64,000 nucleotides of DNA from Gordius albopunctatus (lineage: Eukaryota): assembly GCA_964276515.1 (NCBI GenBank), contig OZ193909.1, positions 20,336,001 to 20,400,000 of the forward strand. The letters run 5' to 3'. Positions 51,501 through 64,000 of this stretch are shown piece by piece; within the stretch, counting starts at the first letter, position 1; each line of letters begins with the position of its first letter. Made by a program: the position numbers and the translations under genes. Under the pieces are notes generated by a model, which saw only the letters and a program-made list of their open reading frames with translations, made no database searches and was not told the origin of the DNA.

Positions 51501-54500
51501 CTACCTCCCACCTCATGGCTACATTAATTCTAAACCAATGGCCTTCGCCGAAGATCCAAGCTCATAAAAGGCTCTCTTGGACTCTAGTGATTTTACACTG
51601 TTCGGGATCTTATTTTTCGAAGAAACAGGCAGACAATTCCACCTTCTAAATATTCCATTGCATTTTTATTAAAATAATTATGAGTATTGTTGTAAAAACG
51701 GCTGGATTTTGTTTTGTTTGGGTCTGTTTTTTCAAATTTCGACCTAGCATAGTGGCGGGAATAAGAAAAATAGACCCAAATACTTTGTAAACAAAGCCTA
51801 GCCGTTCTTACAACACTAATCAATAGCAGAATTAATGGAAAAATTAATTTTTAAATCTCTTTTTTGGATTCCTGGTCTCTTTTGGAGACATATTGCTCAT
51901 ATTATTCTTTTATAATCCTAATATTTCCCTCTAATTCCAATCCTGGCAACGCTCATAGCTAATACTATGCCATGTAAATAAAATATTAACGCTCGCACTC
52001 ACAGCTTTACTGATTAATTTATAACTTTGAAGTCAAATTTATTTCTCAAGCGGATAATATTCATAAGGGAATGAGATTAGGTGACATAATAGAGACGTGC
52101 TTTTAGTCACAATGAACAGATTATGTATATTTCAAACAATGTAATGACATAATATCATCATCATACATGACATGACTTACATAGTTTTTATTTGACAATT
52201 TTACCGACTCTTTTTAGAATCTCCTTTAATTCTTTTATTCTTAATTTTATAAATGAATATTAATTATATTAAATTGTATAAAATGTGATAAATGTAATTT
52301 TTTCACGTAAATTGAATAGAAATTCATTTTTTTTATTTTTGAAATTATAAAATTATTTGCGATAATGTATATTTGGATTCAAAAATAAAACCAAGGGTTC
52401 TTGTTAATAGCTAGCTATTCAATTTATGGGCTCTTTTTGAATGCTTCTCCTGTCCTATTTGTAGTTTTTAAATAGTTGTTTGGAAAGTTATACGGAATTT
52501 TGGATCTTAATTACGGATTTTAAAAAAATACTATAAAATATAAAATCATAAATAGAAGTTAGTTTCACAATATATCTCCTATCAACTCGATGTTTTATAT
52601 AAAGGCATTTTAATAAAATAATTTTTGAGATTTCTATTATCCGTAAGACTGAGCCAGGTTTGTTTGACGTGAGTTCAGATAAAGATTATAAAAGGTAGTG
52701 TGTGTGTAACATAATATATACAAATGCATACATATCGAGGATTAAATAACTGTCTAGACCCCAAACCTAAAATAATTGTATCACTTAAAGTGTGGCTTTT
52801 AGAAATATCGGCTACAAAGTTGAACTTTTTTGTCATTAATTAATGGACAATTAGAATTTTGAATCATTTCCAAAACTTCATTCATAAATATTCTCCTGGG
52901 CGTAACCCGGGGCCCTCTAAATCCAACAATTTGTTGAAATTTAAGAAAATTTTGGCGGCTAAAATTTCAAAAAGAGTTCATCATGGCTCTTCCCTAAATC
53001 ATTTTCCCCCTCTAATTCCAATGCTGGCTGCGCTGATTCACCCTTCAATTCCTTTATAGAATTAAAAGTATTCATCTCTCTTTAATTTCGGGGCAAAAAT
53101 ATTGAAAAATTATATATTTTATTGCCGCTAGTAACAAGGGGTTTAGCTCAAAATTATGTTATAGAGGCACATTAATGGGATGTGATAAGAAGGTTATTTA
53201 AAAATTATAATTTTAATTTTACTAATAGATAATCACGATTTTTTTCAAATTTAAAAGTGGTGGGGGCGAATGCTCCTCCCTGCCCCCTCTTCATGGTTTA
53301 CGATCCATGACCTATAAGTTCGGCGTGAGTTTAAATTACAATATCAATTTAAAGAATAACTTTATATTCATATATCAAGCATTCAATCAAAATGTGCAGT
53401 CTTAAACCTAGTTTTGCTATTATAAATGTTTGCTACTTCATACCTAAGTTAAACTGAAAGAATTTTATTAATTACCACTAATAAGGCGATCAATCAAATG
53501 GCTTGACACCTAAATGACAATGTAATCAAGAGAAACTTTCGATTCTTTTACGTTGTTTCGATGAAGACTACATCTTTAAGTAAACGTACGGTTTTAAATT
53601 TAATATATATTTAAAATAAAAATTTTCCATTTTATAATAACCTTTAAGACAGAAGGAAATGACACGCGAAGCGAAAAAAAGCGAAGTGAATTTTTGGAAA
53701 AAAAAGGAAGGCAATAAAAAAAAAATTTTAACATTATAGATAAGTTTTTAGTCTTTTACATGTAAACCATAAATTTAATAATAAGCAAAGTCACTATGCC
53801 CCACCTTTAAAGCATTGTTAATGGTTATTCGAATTTTTAAGAGATATTTTACACTAATTAATAATATAAATAATATACCTGGTTCTTGATTTATCAAACT
53901 ATTCATTCTTTTTTAATATCTTTATATTCATCGTAAAATTTATCATATCGCTATCTGAGAATTGGAATGCTCTATCTGCAATTTTTGAAAATTTTTAAGT
54001 AAAATTGCTATTTGATAGATTTTTATATATTCTATCATAAAATTTTTAGAAAATGTAGGAAAAAAATTTTTGGCTTGCTAATAAGGCTCTTATTATGTAA
54101 ATATTTTTCAGAATTGGTTTGCGCTATCTGCAATTACCCAATCGCAAGCGCTCATTTAATCACGTGAATAAATCGTCTGCTTTTAAATTTTAATTCGAAT
54201 AATATCTCTACAATTACTTTTCACATGGTTGTATGTCAAACATTGATAAATAAGAACTATTTCGGGTGAATATATGTAAAATTAATATAAAAATATAGCC
54301 ATAACTAGTATAAGTTTCAAGGTGACAAATCAAAAAATTGTAGATGATGGTTGAAGTTAGACTAAAGGCAAAATTTGTATAAATTATTAATACTAATATT
54401 AATTTTAGGCTTTGCTTATTATTGCGCATGGAAAAAAATCATTGTGATGGCCAAAACAAAGTTTGCAAGAGAAAGCAAAAAAATTCAAATTTTAAAAGAG

Positions 54501-57085
54501 AATATTTAAGATTATTCAAAATTGTTAAGAGTTAAATTTTTAAAGAAAATATTTATATAAAAATAGATATAATTGATTGTACTTCTACTAAATATTCTTT
54601 TGTATGTATCATTTATTTTAAAATTAATAAATTAATAGTATTTGTTGTAAATAGTATGATTGCTACAAATTGCTCCCATTAAATATTTTAGCCATATAAA
54701 GGATATAAATCATTATAATTGTTTTAGAAATTTAATTATATACTCAAAGCAAAGATATTTAAAAAATTTCATAGTTTACCTTAATGTACACAACCCCAAA
54801 TTACCATAATTTTTTTTAAATATTGAATAAATTTGAGTAATTAAAGTAATATAGTCATTATAATATATAACTAATTTAATAATCTCATATTTATTTTATT
54901 ATTAAAGTTACAAGTCATAAATTGAATGTCAATAAAACCTTAAAACTTGCGATTAATAATGCAAATAGAGCAAAGTAGCTAAATAAAATCGCAAAAAATT
55001 TAGAACTTTGCCCTATCTGAAATTTAAAAAATCAATTTTTTTGTGAAATAAAAAAAAAATCCACATTTATGGCTAAAATAATATATATGTTAATACCTTA
55101 CACTATCAAACTTAATTTCAAGTCATATGAATAATAAGTTTGGATTTTATAGCATTTCAAACTTTGAACTCAATTATCTCAGTTGGGAGTTTTGTGCAGA
55201 TAGAGCCCTCCAATTCTCAGCTAGCGATATATGAATGGTATTGCACGAATATCATTGATAAGATGGTAATTATTATATAAACATATAAAATTATATAAAA
55301 AGTACATATGTATATACTAAATATAATTATTTATCCATCGCGCGATACGTATACAAAATGGTTTGAGCGAACCAAAATAATCGTCTGCGGTTTCACCATT
55401 TACAATTGTTATTTTCTTGATATATATGATATATTGCACGAGGAATATAAAGATATTAAGAAGAAGGATGAAGAGTTATAAAATTAGCCCAAAAATTAAC
55501 TTGGCTTTTTTAAGCAGGGATTTAAAGCGCGCAAGCGAGTTCTATATTTAAAAAGAAATTATTCAACCCTAAAAATCTAGGAATAACACGTTGTTGGAGC
55601 ACAAAGTTTTTAATATAGATAAATATGATTTATGTTAGCAGAAAGAACGTCAAAATCACTGATCTTAAACTCCATAATTATTTTGAAAATTAAAATTTAT
55701 AATGAAAACATTGTATAAAAATTAATTATCTTTTGAAAATAGAATTTTATAAAAATATGGTCACAAAATATTTTGTTGAAATGTATTAAAAGTATGGCTA
55801 AAATTTTAAAAAATGATAGTTTTGCCCCCCGCCTCCCCGGACCTATCTAATCCTAATTTGGGTTACACCCATGGTTAAATCCCTTATAATTTCGGCATTG
55901 ATTTTGAAATTTTTCTTTAATATGTATACAAATAATGGTTTTGATTAAAGGAAGTTAAAAGGTTAAAATTGTCTTGATTGTCACCATCGTCAACTATTTG
56001 TATTAAGTGTTAGAAAGAGACACACTTCAAGATACTAAAAGTCGTTGGGCAATTATATAATTAGAGAAGAAGACTATGGGCCAATATTTTCCCATCAGCA
56101 TTAGAGTTATAAACTTATAATACAATGAGTGCAAACATTGTTTTTAAATCGCACCTGCAATTTAGTACACGCTAGGGCATAACAGGTGGTGTGTCATGGA
56201 ATTTTATCTTTTACCATGGGAAAAAATCAATTCTATATGTGTGAAAATGGATTGATATCTCTTTCAATTAGTCCTTCCTCTACTCTAACATACTCCCTCT
56301 TAACTTTCTTTCGGTTATTTGGATATATTTGTTATATATTTATAATTGAATATTAATTTTATTAACATATATCAAAAAGTAAATATAAAATTATTAACAA
56401 TTGTATAGGTTTTAATATTAAAAAAACTATTTTTTTCCTATGATACCTAAAATTTAAACTTCATTTTGTTACAAGATAAAGATCATATGACATTATAAAA
56501 TAAACAAGAAAGACAGTAGTTTGAAAACCCTGTTTAAATTCAAGCTTAATACTAGAGTAATACTATTTAAACACATTGGTTGGCTACTTTAATTTACCCA
56601 TGTTTACTTAGCTAGGTATAGAAAGCACTTCATGAAGTTTCGTTATAATATTTTACATAGCCCCATGGCGACATTAATAGACTTTAGACATGAATGAGGG
56701 TCGGAGTGGTAGTGAGGGGGTGGGGAGGTGGACAATTATTGACAACCTAGTTATAGATATGACACGTTTCTGTTACAAACCTTTGTTCCACCTTGAAAAC
56801 GTGGGACTTTAATCTTTTGCATTGATCTCTCACATCACATCTAAAACAGGTATACTCATAAATACGCTTTGTTTAATACACGAGACTGTCTCATATCATA
56901 CCATACCCATGATACTTAGACACACTACACACACTTAGTTTGGGAATATTAAAGAAGGCTTTGTGTTTATAATCATATCTTGTTTGTCAAGCTAAAGTCC
57001 ACCACATTGCCTTTTTCTCACCCATACCTCTGCTACCTTATACTTATAATCTTTTATACCTCCTGCTTCTTTCGTTAGAATTACC

Positions 57086-57093
57086 TATATAAA
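57086..57093 (+). promoter_or_regulatory. Candidate TATA box, copy B
   Basis: TATATAAA about 70 bp upstream of ATG 57161. Confidence 0.35.
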
Positions 57094-57160
57094 CGAGAAA
57101 TCTGATTTTAAATTCATTTCTACAAATTATTGCATTTAAGTTCAATTACTTACTGCACCA

Positions 57161-58985
57161 ATGCATTATTCTATAATGAATTTGATCATATTCTTATTTT
57201 TGGCCACAATGCAAGGATATGAATCTTGGATTTCTAATTCTTGTGATTTAGGAGATGACGAGTAAACATTACATCAATTATATAATTTATTTAAAATATT
57301 AAATTATATATTAGAAATTGTAGAGTTTTATTATAATTTATGCATTATTTGAAGTAGTCTTCTTAATATTTACACCTAAATTTTAGTGGGGGTTAGTTCG
57401 TGTTATATAATATACTTTTTTGCACATAAAAAAATCATTAGACACCTCTAGGCCATTGCATATTTTTATTAACAACTTGTTTAATCATGTCTACATAAAT
57501 ATACATCCAAATAATAAACTAAAATAAATATAATTTATATTTTTAATTTTGTTTTGTTTCTTTTAGAATAACAAACGAAGTAGACCAAACTCCTTATCAT
57601 ATTAATTCAAGTCAATCCGATCATTTAATAAGGGTTATGGGTACGCGTTGTAATCAAGGCAAATTTTATTGGAAATATTCCAGCCTTAGAAACAATTTAT
57701 CGGGCTTTAAAATAAAATTTGTTGAAAAGCAACCGAGGTTGGAAGGAAGATCTAAAGAATTTTCTGGAAAGGGTATAATGTTAACTACTAATTCTAACGA
57801 ACCCTCGATAAAAAGTCAGAAATCATCCAAAGTAAAAGTCAGGAGAGTTTGCATTCGGGCTTCCCCATCTACCAACAAATTTCCTAAATATCAAGTTTTT
57901 GTTGTCCGAAAGAAAAAACAAAATGGCGACGATGAGCTGGACAAGTTGACAATGCCTTCAAAAGTTCAAGATGGCCGCCGATTGACATATTTAATTCCCG
58001 GAAGTTCGGATCAAAATTCTGTTCCAAAACCATCTTGTTACGACTTTCGACCGGAAGACGAAATGTCGATTTACGTCGAATTGATGACATGGGCAGCCGT
58101 GGAAAATCTGAACCAAGTCGTAGATTTTGCTTACCACTTTCAAGATGGCCACCTATCGAGTAATTTTAGAAAATATTTGTAAATGTTGCCTATCTTTTAG
58201 CAGAATTAATTTTATTTCAAATATATAAATTTTTATTCTTATTGAAATTCTAGATCCATTGGAATGTACGGAAAAGGAAGCAGTCCTAGCCTTTTGTTCC
58301 TGTGATTTAGGTAACTTCCTATTATATTATTTTTCAACAAAATGTTTATTATAAAAGATAATTACTGTTTAAAGTTTAAAAACTCCCTTTAAAATGAACT
58401 GTAATTAAAGTGCTATAGCTAATGAAGGAGACAAAATAATTGTCCTTTGATTGCAGTGTGAGAATGGGGTCGTTTGAGCTCCTTTGTTTATAGGTTATTG
58501 TTAAACAATGCAAACACTATACTATTTTATCTGATTGAAACCTTATTATTTTAGCAAATAATTATTTTATATTAATGATTTAGTCATGAAAGGTCAATTA
58601 CAAGCATCGAGGAAATATGTGAAAGCCAAAGTGGGACATTTATTTTATCAACCAGAAGCCCTTTTAAAACCAGCGATTCAACTATCAGAGTAAGTTTCAA
58701 AATTTATAATCTCGTATTAGTATAACCAATCATTATCTATGGGAATATAAATTAATAAAAACTTTTTAATTTCTCAACAGCAAATCAGTTCAAACGATGA
58801 ATTACGATATATTTCAAAATGGACAACAAACTCGATTTCCTCTTAAACAAGCATCTTACCTATTTATGGGCAATGTGAGATTTGAAGGGGAAAATCCTTA
58901 CTTAGTTTGCTTGCTTAGAAGCGATCATTGGAACAAAATACGAATTAATAAATATTTCAAAAAGATTGCTCCTTGCAAACTTTAA
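57161..58985 (+). CDS. Meteorin-family secreted protein, copy B (5 exons, ~353 aa)
   Basis: Exons 57161-57261, 57567-58159, 58254-58310, 58584-58689, 58781-58985 (1062 nt, in frame); same motifs as copy A. The start could instead be 57176. Confidence 0.8.
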
Positions 58986-59456
58986 AAGGATACACAATTC
59001 CTTCCGTTATAACCACGTGAGTGGTGATAAATTCAAAATGGCCACTTTAATCATTCATGATGGCCACGACCTTGGCCAGTGTGATCAAGAACAATAGACG
59101 TCAAGTTGTAATGCTAGCAGGACATGTCAGTTGATAAGAGGCCGGAAATCTAATATGAAGTCTAAAAGTTATTGGATATGAAATCTCGAAAGTTTAAGTT
59201 AACAAATCAGTGATCTATAACCATTAGACTGTGGATCTATATATGAGAAGTAGCAAATGATATCAATGAACACGGGTCAGATGGACATATGCCTGGTTAT
59301 TGGGACACGATGACTTATACTAATTTTTATGTTGCTGTAGTTACCTTACTTGCCCCACATCTATTATAGTACACTATTTTCAATAAATTATACGGAAGAG
59401 AAATGTCATTGAATTCATCTTTAAAATCACTTTATAAAGTTTTGTTGTACTACTTG

Positions 59457-59659
59457 TAGAGTTGTTAAATTGCTAAATTTCTTCAAACTCCAGACGCGAG
59501 CACGCACACTGAGTTGCTTAATATGCGCGTTAGCACAATATGCGCTCTCTGTTCGGTGCACTAGGTAGAACATTAGCATATAAAAATGCTCGAGGACCGA
59601 GCAGAAACTCGAGCAGATGGTAGCTGGAGTTGAAGAAAGTTAGCAATTTAACAACTCTA
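59457..59659. mobile_element. hAT-type MITE (TAGAGTTG family), copy 3
   Basis: Nearly identical to 21335-21537; exact TSD ACTACTTG. Confidence 0.92.
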
Positions 59660-61711
59660 ACTACTTGCTATAATTTGCTAATTTATGGGTTTCTACATGT
59701 ATTTATTATAACATAATACCCACTTAATTTTGCTAGTATATATTTCAAAACATTTAACAACACTTAAGTTGATAAAATTTCAGGTCATAGAAACATGAAA
59801 GAATACATCTTACAACGGGCGTGACCAGGACTGGCTTTAGAGAGGGGGGGGGGGACAAAAATTATTTAGGGATCGGAAAAATGACAATATATATTGAATT
59901 TTTGGATTTAGAGAGGACAGCCTCCCCCCTGCAACCCCCTGGGTACGCCCGTGCCTCTTGCTATATTTGTGATATTCTAAATTCTATAAAATACATGTTC
60001 ATAACTATACAAAAAGGATTTTGAATATTTAAAATTTCAGGATTGAGATACATTTATATATTTCTATCTTAACAATAAATCATTCCTTCCGCGTTGCTAA
60101 GTTTTTCGGAAAAATTTAAATTTATTTTCATACCTTCTAACTGAAAACAACTCAACCAAAGTCAATTAACATTTGAGGCCTAAAAAATTTCATTTCCTGA
60201 CCCCAGCGAAAAGATTTCTTTTACATTATCCTGGCGCCACACTAACTTAGCGGACTGGAACGGTGGTAAAATAATATTCTGCCCCCCCGAGATCTCAAGT
60301 TGTGCATTCTTGGGATCAAAAGGGTTATACTTTTGATTGGTAGTAGAAAATAAAATTAAAAAAAGAAGTAACGGACCTCAACTTGTTTTTCAAGGGTAGC
60401 TGTGGTATCTGGTGGAGACTATTTTATCAGGATATTTCACCTCTTCTATCCTTTACCCACTATTTCATTCACAATTGGATCATTAAAAATATCGTAAAAT
60501 TAAACAAAGGCAGAAGAAGGAAGATTCGCACTTGGTACTTTTCGCTAATCATTTTAAATATAGCCCCTTCCACTCGCTCTCTTGATAAATTCCACAAGGT
60601 CATCACTATTCTTGTTTATAATCCCGAGCCGGTCTTGGAAAAATACTCCTCATCGATTTTATAACAATAATTTTACAGTTCTCGAAACAAAGGTGAATAT
60701 ATCTTTTATATTCTTCTTACTCAAATCCATTAAAATTATATAAAACTGATTATTTTAAGTTTTTACTTAAACCAAAATGGAAATTATAATACAAAATATA
60801 TTATACAACAATAATAATTATACATGTACAAGGTTTTATCGTGAAGAACGTAAATAAATTATGAAGAATGGTGTCAAATACGAATAACACAAATTAATTA
60901 GTAGCGTATAATATTTACAGTTCTCTAAAAATCGGATTAAAACTCGCTATCTACATTTGTAGTTTATTCAGCCCGTAAAACAAACGGTTTTCCCGCTTAA
61001 AATTTATTATTTAACAATCTTTACAGAACATGTAATAATTAAAAGTATGACAATCCATTATCTCTGCTTATAGAATTACCACTACAAGACTATACATTTC
61101 AAACAAATTTTATATTCAAATAATTTAATCTTTTAATAAAAACATTCAATGTTTATATTTAATATTCATTTCACATTGTTAATAAAACACTTAATTAAAT
61201 AGTAAAATTTCCAAAGCAGGGCAATTTTTAATGGTAATTACATTAGATTGTTTAGCGTTTGTTTAAAATCTAAAATTGTTCGAGTGCCATTTAAATCACA
61301 ATTACTATTATAGTACTATTATTGTATAATCCATCTTATAAAAGGCCCAATATTTATTATAAAAGAAGCATCATACTGACGGTTTCCTGTTTTTGACAAA
61401 CTTCCAATATAAAGCGCATGGCCATGGAGGGAAATAATTATCAAGGGAGGAGCAAAATAAATGTATTTTCAAATTTCAGCCATAATTTTAATAAATTTTA
61501 ACAAATTTTGGTAACTCTCCCTGCCCATTGGTTACGCCAATGAAAAGCGATTACTATGATGTTATTGCGTACGAAAAACATTGACCTTATCCTAAAGCCT
61601 GTCACAAGTCTAATCCTAAATTTACCCTTCATTTATATCTCTTTAAGTATTAGTGTAGGTTTAGAATAATCTTCTTAATTAAATGACGTACGACGACTTT
61701 TAGCCAGTAAC

Positions 61712-64000
61712 GTATGGTATGTATGTATGTTTGCCGCGAAGACACCCAAGAGCTTAGTTAGTGCAATCTAAGGTTGAGCCCCTTCTAACGCCAAATGGCG
61801 CATCAGGCTACGTTAGTGATAACGTGTGTAAGTATGCTGTAACAAAATGGTTAATATGCAATGTAATTATGACATGTAAATATGTAATACCTATTGACTT
61901 GAAAGTATTGTAAAGCCTTTAATGATAATGTCGTAAATGAATAATGCGTGTGAAGATCCTTAATGAGAGAGCCGCAATAAATGGTTCTTTGAGAAGTCTT
62001 TCCAAAGTTTCCTGTCTTGCATGGTGGTCAGCAATAAATTCCAATCATGGTCTGGTGTTTGGACATCGCGAAACACCTTGTAGAGCCAGCTGCCATTGAA
62101 TTTGCGACCTTTTAGCAGGGGTGGACACCAGAACAGGGAAGATATACAGTAGTTAGTTCCTTTCCTTTGTACTTGATGAGCCAGAAAACCCCATTTCCTC
62201 GCGAGTAGAATGTTTTTAATTGGAGCGATTTTGCAGCGCATCCATAGATCCTCGTTGGTTATTCTCGTCGGACAAAATATCCGGCAAAGTAGCATTTTAT
62301 TGAAACTGACTTGCAGTTTCTTTAAGCTAGGAGCCTTCAGTGACCAAGATTCGCAACCGTATAGGAGAATTGGTAGGATAGTGACTTTGAAAATCCTCAG
62401 ACGCGTATGGAGCGTCAGTTGACGTGAGCGCTGAATCGCTGAGCACGAGTAGAATTTGACCATGGTCCGACGGAGCCTCGATTCGACATCCGCTTCGGCG
62501 TAGGTATCTGGAGTAAGGTCCACTCCCAAATAACGGACTTTTTGAGATGCATTTATCACGTTGTTATTGATTACCAGAGTAGAGTTCGAAGAATCGTTTA
62601 TACGAATCATTCATTGAGCATTTGTCGGGGTTTATAAACAGTCCTGCTTGCTTGGCTTGGATGCTGAACCTGTCTAACATAAATTGTGCTTCGGAAATAG
62701 AAGGGGCCACTATACATATGTCGTCTGCGAACAGCAGGGATGATAGAGTAGTGCCGTTTAATTTGATACCATCGATCAGAAGTGTGGATCTCTTCATTAT
62801 TAGATTCACCGCAATTATAAACAGGAGAGGGGACAGCGGGCAACCATGCCTGACACCAGATGTTACTGGTATGGGTTCCGATTTATGGTGGAGGTGGGAA
62901 ATAACTAGTGTCATGTTTTTCGTAGAGTAGAAAGATTATGAGAGTTATTTTCTTGGGCAAGCCTAATAGGCATAGCGCTTCCCATATGTATAGATAGCAC
63001 AGCGATTTAAAAGCTTTAGTGATGTCTAAAAAACAAGAATCAAGGGGCACCGCTTGTCTGTGGAATATCCATTATGTTCCTTAATGTTATTATGTGCTCT
63101 GTCGTTGTACGGCACTTCCTAAATCCTTTTTGATTGTTTTTAATTATTTCATCCACCTCGCTCGCTGTACATTCGATTGTATATAACCTTTATGAATATT
63201 TTTGATTCAAGGTTAATGATAGTCACGCCCCAGTAGTTGTTAGGATTGGATGGATCTCCTTTTTTGAAAAGTTTGATCAAGTTACCTATTGTCCAGGAGT
63301 CCGGTATAACCTCTTTTGTCCAAACTCTCCGAAACAATTGGTGCAAAAGAGAGCTAGAGATATGGGAGTCAGCTTTGAGTGCTTCTGAGGTTAGACCTGA
63401 CGGATCGGTCTCTTTGTGGGATTTGAGCGACTGATAGCTCTGTCAATTTCGGATAAAGAGGGGGGGTCCGTATCGATGTGGAGGGCCTTTAAAGTTAACG
63501 ATAAATCCTCTGTATATATCCACTACAGGAAATAAGGGCTGGGCGACAAAATAGATTGAAAATGGTCTTCCCAAGCTTTGGTTTGGGCCAAGGAGTCGTT
63601 GGAGCCGCCAACTGTGTTTATGCTGTTGTAGGCTCGTTTGGAGAATGTGTTATAGTTAAGGCTGTCTAGAATGGTAAATAACTGGTGATTGTTATTAGAG
63701 CGTGCTGCCGCTTCGGCCTCTGTGGTTTTTGCGTTAATAAACGCAATTTTATCTTGTCGGATGCTGGATTTAATACGCTTGCTGAGAGCGGATAAGCATG
63801 AGTTTTTGAAAGGAAACTCATTTCTATCAAAGTAGATGTTAGATTTTGTCTTGAGGAGCCCAAGTGTTTTTTCTGAAAACCATGTCTTTGTTCTGATTCG
63901 ACTCTGGTCCTTCAAGGGAATTGTAAAAATTTCTGATATTTTTATGCTGTGGTCGTTTATCGACAGGTCGGAAAGGTTGTTGCTTAGGATTTTTAGGTGT
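61712..64000 (-). mobile_element. Non-LTR retrotransposon (RTE-like RT), decayed, runs off the window
   Basis: LFKKGDPSNPNNY, GVRHGCPLSPLLF, LLFADD, RYLG, LLYGCESW; several frameshifts; (CATA)n tail at ~61712-61729. Confidence 0.85.

Larger units (their letters stand above)
56002..59043. repeat. Right arm of the near-identical inverted duplication
   Basis: Reverse complement of 43627-46653. Confidence 0.95.

Noticed and set aside
60383..60664. 93-aa plus ORF
   Set aside because: TTG start, no motifs and no splice partners identified.

Overview
AT-rich eukaryotic (invertebrate animal-like) genomic DNA with very short GT-AG introns; the organism cannot be identified from the sequence. Four spliced genes are supported: USP7 (minus strand, about 33 coding exons, 33083->20021), TIPRL (plus, 7 exons, 41992-43488) and two near-identical meteorin-family secreted-protein genes arranged head-to-head (45494->43685 and 57161-58985). 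The meteorin pair sits in a ~15.4 kb palindrome whose outer 3 kb arms are almost identical while the inner arms are clearly older and diverged. The rest is dense decayed transposon DNA: nested RTE LINEs (one with a twister-ribozyme-like 5' end), hobo/Hermes-like hAT elements and MITEs with exact 8-bp TSDs, Ty3/gypsy LTR pieces, Helitrons and a pogo/Tigger remnant. USP7 and TIPRL both switch abruptly from CpG-poor 5' exons to CpG-rich 3' exons. No tRNA, rRNA or CRISPR array was recognised. All coordinates were read by eye and may be off by a few bases.
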